Below, piece after piece: positions 42,444 to 52,700 of a stretch of DNA of 64,000 nucleotides. The number at the start of each line of letters is the position of its first letter. The first letter of the stretch is position 1. The translations under genes were made by a program, and so were the position numbers. Source of the DNA: Myxococcales bacterium (lineage in GTDB: Bacteria > Myxococcota_A > Polyangia > Polyangiales > DASUME01); assembly GCA_047601445.1 (NCBI GenBank), contig JASGJH010000001.1, positions 7,776,001 to 7,840,000 of the forward strand. Reading direction: 5' to 3'. A model generated the notes under the pieces. The model was not told where the DNA came from, made no database searches, and saw nothing but the letters and a program-made list of their open reading frames with translations.

Positions 42444-43606
42444 GGTGCGGCTCCCGGGTTGGTGGCCTTGGCGGTCGCGCTCGGGGCGGCGCCGGCCTTG
42501 TCAGCACTGCCGAGCGTGATGGGGGCGCCCTCGCTGAGACGGCCGAGGCCGTTGGCGACGATGGGCTCCCCTTCCTGGAGACCTTCGAGCACTTCCACGC
42601 GCTCGCTATCGATGGGCGCGACGCGGATCTTGCGGCGCTCGGCCGTGTTGTTGGCGACCGTGAACACGAAGCGGTTCTCGCCGGTGCCGGCCACGGCGGC
42701 CGTGGGGACGATCAGGCTCTGCTGAGCGCCCTTGGGCTTGATCTCGATCTCCGCGAACATGCCGGCACGCAGCGCGCCGTCGGCGTTGGGGATGCGGGTG
42801 ACCACCTCGGCATTGCGGGTGCGGGGGTCGATTTCGGGGCTGATGAAGGTGACCTGACCGACGGTGCTCTGACCGCTGCTCGGGAACTTGGCGGCCACGG
42901 CGTCGCCCAGGGCGATGCGGGCGAGCTCGCGCTCATGGACTCGGACGCGCACGTCGACGCTCGACAGGTCCACCAGGCGCAGGAGCACGCTCGGCGGCAT
43001 CAGCGTGGCCACTTCACCCACGTCCATCTGCACCTTGGAGACGACGCCCGCGAAGGGCGCGCGCACCGAGGTGTTGCCCACGTTGCGGGCGGCATCGGCC
43101 TCGGCGACCGTCGCTGCGTCGGCGGCGGCCTTCAAGGCGTCGCGCTGACCGGCCAGGCGCTGCAGCTGCTGGGGCGTGACCGTGCCGCGCTCCGCCAGGG
43201 GAGCCAGGCGCTCGTACTCGGCCTTGGCGAGCTCGTACTGGCTGCGCGTCGAGGCCGACTGCGCGGCCGTCTGCTGCACGCGCAGGCCGGCTTCTGAGTT
43301 ATCGAGCTGCACCAGCGCCTGACCCTGCTTCACCTTGTCGCCCTCCTTCACCAGGAAGTTCGAGATGCGCGCGGTCATCTGCGGTCCGAGGTTGGCCTCG
43401 CGGGCGGGCTCCGTGGTGCCCGTGGCGACCACGGCCCGCACCAGCTCCTGGCGCGTGACCTTGACGGTCTCCACGGCGACTGGAGCCACCACGGCGGCGG
43501 TCTCGGTGTCCGGCAGCTGGGTGAGTTTGTCCTTGTTGGCGTTGCAAGCCGTCGTCAACAGCAGCACGGCGGCGCCCATCTGAACGGTACGATTCATGCG
43601 ATTCAT
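42440..43606 (-). CDS. RND efflux membrane fusion protein (lipoprotein)
   Basis: Lipobox [27 protein letters not shown] and VEVLEGL. Confidence 0.93.
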
Positions 43607-45297
43607 GGCGTGCTCCCTGCGACTGCGTTGTCCTGGACCGGGCCGTTGGTGGCGCCCGTCTTACCTTGTGCCTTGAGGATGTTGGCTTCGGCGCGGCGTG
43701 CGTTGACGAAGGCGTCGACCCATTCGAGGGCGGCCTGTGTGAGGTCGCGCTCCGCGAGCAGCACGTCGTTGGGCGTGGCCGCACCCGCCAGCATCAGCGC
43801 GCGCTGATCGGCGTGGTAGGCGCGGGCAGCGTTGAGCGCCTCGGTCTTGGCCGTGATATTGGCTGCGGCGGTGGCGTGACCGGTCACCGCACCCGAAGCC
43901 TCGATCGCGATGCCCTGCTCGAAGGCGCGCAGGTCCTCGGCCACCAAGCGCAGGTCGGTCTCGGCATCCTGGGCCTGCAGATAGTTATAGGTCGCGTCGT
44001 TGGGCGACCAGGTCAGCGCTACGCCGACGTCCCAGGTGCCATGCGGCGTCTTGGTCGGCGGCACGTAGCGAGGGTTGGGACTGGCGTAGTACCCATTGCC
44101 GATGCCGGCGATCTTGGGCATCACCGCGCCGCGTTTGGCACGGGCCAGGTGCTGGCGCGCGCTTTCGACGGCACGCAGGGCCTTGAGCTCAGGGCGGCCC
44201 TCGCGCGCCTGGCTCAGCAGCTGCTGGAAGGTGGGCGCCGCGCTGATCTCGAAATCCACCAAAGGTTCGCCGATACCGCGGGCCGGGTCGATCGTCTTGC
44301 CGGTGAACTGCGAGAGGCGCTCCAGGCTCATCTCGACCAGGCCGTGCATCTGCACTTCGAGGGCCTGCGCGTTGGCGTGGGCGGCCTTGGCGCGAGCCAG
44401 GGCCGAAGGCGTGGATGCGCCCGCGCGCACGAGGCTCTCGAGGTCCTCGACGCTGGCAGCCAGTACGCGCACCGACTCGCGCGCCACGGCCTCGCCGCCG
44501 CGCGCATGCACGTAGTCGTAGAAGGCAGTGCGCGCTTCGTAGGCCACGCTCAGGGCCTGGGCCTGACGCTGGAATTCCGCCACCTCGGCCTGCTTGGACG
44601 CGGCCTTGTAGGTGGGGATGATGGTCAAAAACCAGTCGGTGATCGGCAGGGTCAGCGTGGCCTTGGCCATGTACTGATCGAGGAAAGGACCGAAGATACC
44701 CGGGTTGTTGCCGTCCACCATCTTGTGTGAGCGGATATCCTTCGGATCCGTGATGCTGGGGTCGTAGCCGAAGTTCTTGAGGCGCACGTTCGACAGGCGC
44801 GTGTAGCTGCCGAGCAAGTCCAGACGCGGCGCGAAGGCCAGCTTGGCGCGTGCCTGGTTGGCCGACGCCTTGTTGGCCTCGAGCTGGCTCTTCTCGAGCT
44901 GCGGCGAGTTGGCCAGCGTGAGCTGCACGACCTCGTCCGCAGTCAGTCCACCCGGGGTGGGCTCGAGCGCGGCCGCGAGCTGCTGCGCAGCCTCATCATT
45001 CTCTGCGTCGCCAAGCGCCTTGCGCGCCGACACTGGAGCCGGCTTCACCTGCTGCGGACTCGGCACAGTGCGGGGCTGCACGGCGGGGGCCGGAGTCGTC
45101 GCGGCAGGCGCGGGCTGGGCGACTGGCGCAGGAGCCGGTGCGGGTTGAGGGGCAGGCTGCGCGGGCACCGGAGCAGCGGTGGGTGCGGGCGCAGCGGGAG
45201 GTGGCGTCTGAGCCGGAACCTGAGCGCTGGCGGGCAGTTGCACGCTGAGCAACGCCGCGACCAGGGAGGACCGGACGATAAGGGGAGTTGGCTTCAT
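43603..45297 (-). CDS. TolC-family outer membrane protein with Pro/Ala-rich N-terminal linker
   Basis: Signal peptide (PASA-Q), PAPAP linker and two OEP repeats; start trimmed to ATG 45297. Confidence 0.88.
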   Translation of the reverse strand: MKPTPLIVRSSLVAALLSVQLPASAQVPAQTPPPAAPAPTAAPVPAQPAPQPAPAPAPVAQPAPAATTPAPAVQPRTVPSPQQVKPAPVSARKALGDAENDEAAQQLAAALEPTPGGLTADEVVQLTLANSPQLEKSQLEANKASANQARAKLAFAPRLDLLGSYTRLSNVRLKNFGYDPSITDPKDIRSHKMVDGNNPGIFGPFLDQYMAKATLTLPITDWFLTIIPTYKAASKQAEVAEFQRQAQALSVAYEARTAFYDYVHARGGEAVARESVRVLAASVEDLESLVRAGASTPSALARAKAAHANAQALEVQMHGLVEMSLERLSQFTGKTIDPARGIGEPLVDFEISAAPTFQQLLSQAREGRPELKALRAVESARQHLARAKRGAVMPKIAGIGNGYYASPNPRYVPPTKTPHGTWDVGVALTWSPNDATYNYLQAQDAETDLRLVAEDLRAFEQGIAIEASGAVTGHATAAANITAKTEALNAARAYHADQRALMLAGAATPNDVLLAERDLTQAALEWVDAFVNARRAEANILKAQGKTGATNGPVQDNAVAGSTP

Positions 45298-45411
45298 TGA
45301 AGTTGCAACGATATGGGATCGGTGAACCGATCGGTCAAGGCCATTTATGGCCGATTTTGTGTGAAAAATGGCGAAGCTGGAGAGCAGCAGTTCGATTGAT
45401 GAATCAACGAT
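45296..45411. promoter_or_regulatory. two copies of a putative MarR operator ATTGA-N5-CAACGAT
   Basis: ATTGAAGTTGCAACGAT at 45296-45312 and ATTGATGAATCAACGAT at 45395-45411, both with a TTG-N6-CAA core. Confidence 0.65.
45308..45338 (-). promoter_or_regulatory. efflux operon promoter with 19-bp spacer and internal palindrome
   Basis: Minus strand TTGACC-N19-TATCGT; spacer contains GATCGGT-N2-ACCGATC. Confidence 0.5.
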
Positions 45412-45427
45412 CTGGCTTTTCAGCCCA

Positions 45428-45456
45428 TTGATTGTCGGCCGAGTCGGAACTACGTT
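45428..45456 (+). promoter_or_regulatory. sigma70-like promoter of the MarR gene
   Basis: TTGATT-N17-TACGTT, 10 nt before ATG 45467. Confidence 0.6.
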
Positions 45457-45466
45457 ACGCGCGTCC

Positions 45467-46024
45467 ATGCGCTCCCAGGTCCACCGCGAGATCTCGCTCC
45501 TAATGACGAGGATGCGTCGCCTCTGCTCGATGGCGGTCAACAAGCAGCTAGCCGTGGTCGGGAGCTCCATGCACGTCTACAGCGTGCTGTTCAGACTCGT
45601 CCATGAGGCCGAAGTTCCTCAACATGAGCTGGCTTATGACGCTGCCATCGATCCCGCGGCGGCCAGTCGGTTGATCCGCGACATGACCGCGGATGGGCTA
45701 GTCACCACCCGCGTGGACCCGGCCGACAAACGTCAGCGTTTTGTGAAAATCACGGCCAAGGGTCGGACCCTGGAGCGCACCCTGCAGCAGATCGTGGACG
45801 CTGCGCTGGAGCCCTACATGGTGGGGCTAACGGAGTCCGAAGAGCAGGATTTCCTGCGGCTTTTGCGCAAGGCCCACGAGGCCGTCATGGCCATCTCCAG
45901 TGAGGGCGAAGAAGCCCCGGTGCGCGCCCCGGCCAAGCCCCGAGCCTTGCCGGCTCGCGCGCCCGTGTCGAGAACGACGCAGGTGCACGCCAAGCTCAGT
46001 CCGCGTTCACGATCCACTCGCTGA
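45467..46024 (+). CDS. MarR-family transcriptional regulator
   Basis: QHELA...IDPAAASRLIRDM...GLV...DPADKRQRFVKITAKG; start moved to ATG 45467 on promoter evidence. Confidence 0.9.
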   Translation: MRSQVHREISLLMTRMRRLCSMAVNKQLAVVGSSMHVYSVLFRLVHEAEVPQHELAYDAAIDPAAASRLIRDMTADGLVTTRVDPADKRQRFVKITAKGRTLERTLQQIVDAALEPYMVGLTESEEQDFLRLLRKAHEAVMAISSEGEEAPVRAPAKPRALPARAPVSRTTQVHAKLSPRSRSTR

Positions 46025-47621
46025 CACCCTCGGTGTCGAACCAGGGGTCGCTACGCGTCCAGCCGGTGACTCCTGCGGCCAGCTCCACCACTCGTCGCAG
46101 GTCCTCGAGCTCCTTGGCCTCGAAGGGGCCGCGGCAGCCATCGCGGTCCACCACCATGCGCTGACGGCCTCCCGCGACGACGCTGAACAGATCGCCACGC
46201 TCCTCCTCCGGCGAACAATGTTCGGCGTCCCAGCTCCCGCCCCGTCGCTCGAACCACGAGAGCTTCTCGAGCTGGGCGTTCAGGCGGCGCAACAGCGCTG
46301 CCGAGGTGCGGCCGTCACTGCGACCCGTGCCGTTCACGAAGCTGCGGCCATGGAAGACGACCGCGCCGTTGTGGAAGAGGGATACGATGAAGCGCGCGCC
46401 GTGGTCGAAGCCGCCCTCGCGACGACCCCGCCGCAAGGTGAGCTGAAAGTCGTCCGGTACGGGGGCCTGCCCCTGCGCGACCAGGTCGGACAACCCGGGT
46501 ACGCAACGCATGCGATGCGCGAGTGCTTCGTCCTTGAAGGCCGGGTCCAACTTCTCGCAGCGCTCGGGGACCTTCAGGCCGAGCAGCGAGCAGTAGGCTT
46601 CGCGCGGCACGCTGGAGGACGTGGCGGGGATCCGGGCTCGCAAGGCGCGTTCCTTGTCGGCACACTCGAGCGCGGCCCGACCATCGGTCACTTCGAGCAA
46701 ACGCGCGGCGGCGAAGCCCTGAGGCTCGGCGGCCGGCAGCTCGAAGCGCAGCGTCGCCACGATGTTGGGGGCATCATGTGCCTTGGGTCGCTCGAGCACC
46801 AGGCTCAGGCCCACCGATCCATCCTCCGCTCGGCTGAGTTCGCTCAGCGACAGGCGGGCAGGTTCGAAGCGCTCCAGCAGGCTCGCGTAGAGCGCGCGTA
46901 GACGCTCCAAGTCCGCTGCCGAGAGCGGGGGAGGTTGGGGCTCCGTGTTGTTCGTCAGCGCGTTCACGAGGCGCGTGAGCCACGCGTCCAGGCGATCGTC
47001 GAGGGCGTGCTGGCGCAGCCAAACCTCTTGTCGCTCGCCGTGGGCTTCCAGGCTGAGCCGTGCGATGTCCTTGTTGGGCGTGAACAGCGCGCGTCCGCTG
47101 CGTGCTTCGAAGCTACGGCGAGCGGGCGTGGGATCCTGGTCCGCGAGCTCGAACACCAGCGGCGCCGGATCGAAGCTCGAGAGTTTGGTGCGCAGGGAAG
47201 GCGCACGCCGGGTGGCGTTGCCTTGTCGCAAGAAGAGCAGCGTGTCGTTCGACAAGGCCGACTCGAGTGGCAGCGGGGCACCGGCCGCGGTGGTGCACTC
47301 CGTGTGCAGCGCGAGCACGTTGAGGTCGGGCTGTACGCGCGGGGCTCCGGCCTGGTTCGGTTCCGTGAGCACGCGCTCGGCGCGCGTCACCCGGCAGCGC
47401 GCTGAACCGAGCTCGAGCCATTCGTCGAGGTAGACGCTCGCGGTCAGGCGACTCTGGGGAGGGCTCGCCTCGGCGGCCTGCGAGCGTCCCGTGCCCAGCT
47501 CGCCGCACGCGGCCTGCCCATGAGCGAGCAGCGCGACGAAGCAGACACCCAAGCCGCTCCGCGCCCGGCCCTCGCCGGCAGCGCCTCGCTTCATCGAGGC
47601 ACGAAAAGGGCCGCTCTTCAT
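45996..47621 (-). CDS. hypothetical exported/lipoprotein with C-terminal DUF6438-like domain
   Basis: Hydrophobic segment ending QAAC; C-terminal LTLRR...VSLFHNGAVVFHGRSFV pattern; ATGA coupling to dciA. Confidence 0.6.
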   Translation of the reverse strand: MKSGPFRASMKRGAAGEGRARSGLGVCFVALLAHGQAACGELGTGRSQAAEASPPQSRLTASVYLDEWLELGSARCRVTRAERVLTEPNQAGAPRVQPDLNVLALHTECTTAAGAPLPLESALSNDTLLFLRQGNATRRAPSLRTKLSSFDPAPLVFELADQDPTPARRSFEARSGRALFTPNKDIARLSLEAHGERQEVWLRQHALDDRLDAWLTRLVNALTNNTEPQPPPLSAADLERLRALYASLLERFEPARLSLSELSRAEDGSVGLSLVLERPKAHDAPNIVATLRFELPAAEPQGFAAARLLEVTDGRAALECADKERALRARIPATSSSVPREAYCSLLGLKVPERCEKLDPAFKDEALAHRMRCVPGLSDLVAQGQAPVPDDFQLTLRRGRREGGFDHGARFIVSLFHNGAVVFHGRSFVNGTGRSDGRTSAALLRRLNAQLEKLSWFERRGGSWDAEHCSPEEERGDLFSVVAGGRQRMVVDRDGCRGPFEAKELEDLRRVVELAAGVTGWTRSDPWFDTEGVSEWIVNAD

Positions 47622-48130
47622 CGAGGATTTTCGCGCTTCTGCGAGCGCGCTGCGTCGCGTCCGAGCGTGACACTGGCGGCCTGACCGATGGCATCGCGCA
47701 AGGCGTCGTCGTCGATGGCGGCGAGCGCGCGCGCCAGCGCCTCCGGCAAGATGGCGACCGCCACTGGGGCCTGGCGAGGCCGCTCCGGACGCGTGCCCGT
47801 GGGGAGTTCCGGCAGTGGACCCACGCGGAAGCGCAGGGACTTCACGCTGGCGTCTACCGCGTGCTTCTGCGCCGACGCCAGGAGTTGCTCCTTGAGGTGC
47901 TCGAGCTCCGAGGCCCACGCGCTGGTGGCCGTGTGGACCCACAGCACGCCGTTGCTCAACCGCACCGGACGCGCCCGCATGAACACCCGCTCCGGCACCG
48001 CACGGCGCCACCACGCGAACGCACGGATCGCTGCCGCGTGTTCTGGCTCCTGGCTCGGGTACACCTGGCGCACCAGTTGCGAGAGCGCCTCCGGCTCCGT
48101 AGCCCGGCGTCCTTTGCGTGAGCGCGTCAT
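47618..48130 (-). CDS. dciA: DUF721/DciA-family protein
   Basis: WRRAVPE...ARPVRLSNGVLWVHTATSAWASELEHLK..L...VKSLRFRVG. Confidence 0.8.
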   Translation of the reverse strand: MTRSRKGRRATEPEALSQLVRQVYPSQEPEHAAAIRAFAWWRRAVPERVFMRARPVRLSNGVLWVHTATSAWASELEHLKEQLLASAQKHAVDASVKSLRFRVGPLPELPTGTRPERPRQAPVAVAILPEALARALAAIDDDALRDAIGQAASVTLGRDAARSQKRENPR

Positions 48131-48201
48131 CCGGGCGGGAGCCTAGTACGGACCCCGCCGCGGGTGAACCCCTCCCGTGCGGGTGCTAGCCTGGCCCCAG
48201 C

Positions 48202-49488
48202 ATGAGCGAAGCGCGCCCCATCATTCCCCTGCAAAATCCCGTGTCTGCCGACGTCGATGTGGTGGGCTCCAAGAGCTACACGAACCGTGTCTTGATCCTG
48301 GCCGCGCTCGCCCAGGGATCCTCCACGCTCAGCGGTGCCCTGTTCAGCGACGACACCCGCTACATGGCCGCCTCCCTGCGCGCCCTGGGGGTCCCCGTCG
48401 AAGCAGACGAAGCCAAGTATCAGCTCAAGGTGAGCGGCGCGAACGGGCATGTGAGCGCAGCTTCCGCCCAGTGCTTCGTGGGCAACGCCGGCACGGCGGC
48501 GCGCTTCCTGCCTGTGCTGATGGCGCTCGGAAAGGGCGTCTACGAACTCGATGGCATCGAGCGCATGCGCCAGCGTCCCATCGCGCCCCTGCTGCGGGCG
48601 CTCGAGAGCTTGGGCACCAAGGTGGAGTGCCTGGCCGAGCCCGACTGCATTCCGTTGCGCGTGCATGGTGGGAGCCTCGTTGGCGGGCAGGTGAGCGTGC
48701 CCGGGCACATCAGCTCGCAGTACATCAGCGGCTTGATGATGGGCGCGCCCTGTATGCCCAAGGGCCTCACGCTCGACATCGAGGGGGAGCTGGTCTCCCG
48801 CCCGTACGTCGAGATGACAGCCCAAGCCATGCGTGACTTTGGCGTGGAGCTCGAGCGCGTGGGCGAGCGTCGCTTCGTGATTCCAGGGGGACAGACCTAC
48901 CGGGGGCAGAACTACCGCGTGGAGCCCGACGCCTCGGCGGCCTCGTACTTCTTCGCGGCCGCAGCCATCTGCGGAGGCCGAGCGCGCGTGCCGGGCCTGG
49001 GCACACGTTCGCTGCAGGGAGATCGTGGGCTCGTGCACATTCTGGCGCGCATGGGCTGCCGCGTGGTGGAAGGCGAGGACTTTACGGAGGTTCACGGCCC
49101 CGCCGACGGCAAGCTCAAGGGCGTCGAGGTCGACATGGCGGATCTCTCCGACGTGGCGCAGACCCTGGCCGTGGTGGCGCCCTTCGCGGAGAGCCCCACG
49201 CGCGTCACGGGCATCGGCTTCATTCGCAAGAAGGAGACCGATCGCGTGGGCGCCGTGGTCACCGAGCTCAAGCGGCTCGGGATTCGCGCCGAGGAAGAGG
49301 CCGATGGCTTCGTGGTGTACCCGGGCACGCCGCAGCCCGGTTCGGTGCACACGTACGACGATCACCGCATGGCCATGAGCTTCGCGCTGATCGGACTGCG
49401 CGCCCCGGGCATCGTGATCGAGGATCCGGGCTGCACGGCGAAGACCTTCCCGACCTACTTCGACGTGCTCGAGACCCTGCGCGCGTGA
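48202..49488 (+). CDS. aroA: 3-phosphoshikimate 1-carboxyvinyltransferase (EPSP synthase)
   Basis: GSKSYTNR, GNAGTAARF, RMRQRPI, SSQYISGL, DASAASYF, KETDR, DDHRMAM and KTFP. Confidence 0.97.
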   Translation: MSEARPIIPLQNPVSADVDVVGSKSYTNRVLILAALAQGSSTLSGALFSDDTRYMAASLRALGVPVEADEAKYQLKVSGANGHVSAASAQCFVGNAGTAARFLPVLMALGKGVYELDGIERMRQRPIAPLLRALESLGTKVECLAEPDCIPLRVHGGSLVGGQVSVPGHISSQYISGLMMGAPCMPKGLTLDIEGELVSRPYVEMTAQAMRDFGVELERVGERRFVIPGGQTYRGQNYRVEPDASAASYFFAAAAICGGRARVPGLGTRSLQGDRGLVHILARMGCRVVEGEDFTEVHGPADGKLKGVEVDMADLSDVAQTLAVVAPFAESPTRVTGIGFIRKKETDRVGAVVTELKRLGIRAEEEADGFVVYPGTPQPGSVHTYDDHRMAMSFALIGLRAPGIVIEDPGCTAKTFPTYFDVLETLRA

Positions 49489-49756
49489 AGCGAGTGATCG
49501 GGCTTGCGATCTGTGTCGGGGTGAAGCCTCCGTCGAGTGAGCCCACGCAAAGCCCTGGATTTATGCGATCCAGAACACGCACACACTCAAGCGAGTCATA
49601 GGCTCGAACTCGGTCTAGTGAGCCTTCGTCTGTACGACTGGCACCGCCGCGCTTGCCTCCGCGATCACACACTCGCCGAGTCGCTCACAAAAACGAAGCA
49701 TCACGCCCAGAGCCCCGTAACGTGGTGCCCCTAGACACTCTTATGATCTCGACACC

Positions 49757-52700
49757 ATGTCGTCGATCACGAAGTTCCGCCCCGACCTGCTGGGTGTAGT
49801 GCTTGGTTTGAGTGTGGCCGCCTGCTCCGGCGGCGGTAACGGTGGGACTGCGAACAATGGCGACGGCGATGGCGACGCCGGACCGGTCGGTGACGGCGAC
49901 CAGATGCCGGGCGACGGTGATGGCGACGGCGACGGAATGCCGACCGGCCCGCTGTGCGGCACCATCACGTGTGGCGTTGGGCAGCGCTGCATGGACGGCA
50001 CACCGCCCGTCTGCGTGGACAATGCCTGCGGCGACCTGAATTGCGGCGAGACGGCTGCGTGCGTGCCGGCCCCTGGCGGCGGCAATATGTGCAAGAGCAT
50101 CGCCTGCAGCACCGACGCCCAGTGCGTGGCCGCGCAGCATTGCGACGGCACCAAGTGCGTGGACGACGTGTGCGAGCCCGATGTGCAGGCCTGTGACGGC
50201 AACACCGTGGTGCAGTGCTCCTCCAACGGCGGCGGCGAAACGCCGCGCTTCACCTGCCTCACGGGGGGCTACGTGGAGAGCAGCTGTATGGAGGCCGCGA
50301 GCGGCGCCTTTGGCTGCAGTTGCACCGATGACTGGGACTGCCCGAGCTTCACCGACTGCAACGCCGGCACCTGCGAAGGCACGGGCGTGGAGCCCACCTG
50401 CAAGGTCTCCGTGGCGGACTTCAAGGACGTGCTCCCCAAGGTGGAACCCGACGGATTCTGGGGCGGTCTGGGCCAAAAGGGCCCCGCCACCGGCCGCCCG
50501 TTCCCGGATCACGCGCAGGTCGCGGCCACGCCCATGGTGGCCAACCTCGACGACGACAACGGCGACGGCTTCATCAACGAGTTCGACTTCCCCGAGATCA
50601 TCTTCATCACCTATCCGAACAAGGACTCGGTGGAGCAGAACGGCATCGTGCGCGCCATTCACGGCGGCGGCCCCAACCGCGGTAAGGACTACTTCGCGGC
50701 CTGCAAGGCGATGCCCTGGAAGGAAGGCGACGCCATCACCACCGACGCTTGCGCCGACGCCGACGCCTCCGTGCGCCCCGGCAGCGGCCTCGCGGTGGGC
50801 GACGCGGATGGCGACGGCATCCCGGAGATTTTCGTGGCGGCCGAGGGTGGCAAGCTGCAGATCCTCGACAATCACGGCGTGCGCATGAGCCAGACGGATG
50901 CCTTCTATCCGTCCAGCAGCGGCAAGTGGAAGTACCCGCAGATCGCCCTCGCGAACCTCGACAACCGCGGCTATGCGGAGGTCATCATCGGGCCCCGCGT
51001 TGCGACCCTGCAGAAGGACGACCAGGGCATCATCAGCGTGCTCGACATCTTCGTGGGCGATGACACCAAGGCCAACGGCGCGCCCGACGACGGCAGCAAG
51101 GAATTCGGTCCGTCGGTGTGCCCAGCGAACCTGCTCGACACCGATCCCAACGACGACGACGTGACCCAGGAAATCGTGATGGGCACGACGCTCTACGCGT
51201 TCCCCACGAACCCCGATCCCGCGAACATCAAGAAGGTGGCCGACTGCCCTGGCAGCGACACCAGCGACTTCTGCAAGAAGAAGCTCACGTTCATCTGGGA
51301 CGCCAAGGCGGTGAACAGCGCGGCCAACATCAACCAGGAAGGCTTGTGCGCGGTCGCCGACGTCTGGGGCTCGAACAAGGATAAGGCCCCGGGGCCCGGC
51401 GTTGACCCCAACATGCTCGAGGACACCGAGCTCGACCGCGTGCCCGAGGTGATCCTGGTCTCGAACGGTCACATCCGCGTCTTCCGCAGCGTGGACGGCG
51501 TGCTGATCAAGGACGTCAGCGTGGAGGACGGGCAGCGCGGTGGTGCGCCCAACATCGACGACTTCGACGCCGACGGCTTCCCCGAAGTCGCGATGGCTTC
51601 GAGCGGCTTCTACACCGTGGTGGATCTGCAGACGCCCGACGCCGCTCACTGCCCGGCTTGGCCCGATGCCATGGGGTCGGCGCAGAGCGCGGCCAGCCCC
51701 GGCACCAACACCGCGCGCACCCCTGGCGGCGCGTGCACCAGCGACAGTGATTGCAACTCGGGCTCCATTTGCAGCCCGAGCCTCAAGAGCTGCGTCTGCC
51801 TCCACAACGGTTGGAAGCGCACCACCGACGACAACTCGTCGAAGGTCACCTCCTCGAGCGTGTTCGACTTCAATGGCGACGGCGCAGCCGAGGTGGTCTA
51901 CGGCGACGAGTGCTACTTCCGCATCTACGACGGCAAGAACGGCGACATCCACCTGGCGATGCCGTCCATGAGCCGCACCATCATGGAGAACCCCGTGGTG
52001 GCCGACGTCGACAACGACGGTAACGCCGAGATCGTGGTCGTGATGAACAACGAGCAGGCCCTATCACGTTGCAGCGAGACCGATCTCCCGCTGCCCCCCG
52101 TGCCAGGTCAGCCCACGCAGACCGTGACGCGCGATTCGCTGCCCAACGGCATCAACGTCTACGGCGACCTCAGCGACAGCTGGGTGTCCGCGCGCCGTAT
52201 CTGGAACGAGCACTCCTATCACGTCACCAACGTGACCGAGGGCGGCCAGATTCCGCTGCGCGAGCCCGAGAGCTGGCTGCCCTACGGCAACCGCTTCTAC
52301 AACACCTACCGCTCGCAGCCGCGCTCCTCGGGTGTGGCCCCCGACCTCGTGCTGGTGGACCTGCAGATCTCCTCGCCCGACGTCACCTGCGGTCAGCTGT
52401 CGGATCAGCTGAACCTGACGGTGCTGGTGAAGAACCAGGGCGATCTGCGCGTGGGCCCCGGTGTGCCGCTCAAGTTCTACGGCAAGTTCGGCGGCGACTT
52501 CGAAGCCCTGCTCCTGCCCGCGAACGGCAACGACCCCCGCGCGGCGCTCACCTATACCCTCACCAACAGCCTGGAGCCTGGCGCTTCCGTGCTGATCTCG
52601 GTGCCCTTCGCCGCGGCCGACAGCCTCACGGCAGCCCTGCCCAGCGACATCGCGGTCACCATCGACGAGGCGGTTCCCGGGGTGAGCCCGAACGGTACCG

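Noticed and set aside
45298..45570. Head-to-head coding overlap of tolC and marR implied by the ORF track
   Set aside because: The signal peptide, promoters and operators place the real starts at 45297 and about 45467, leaving a normal intergenic region
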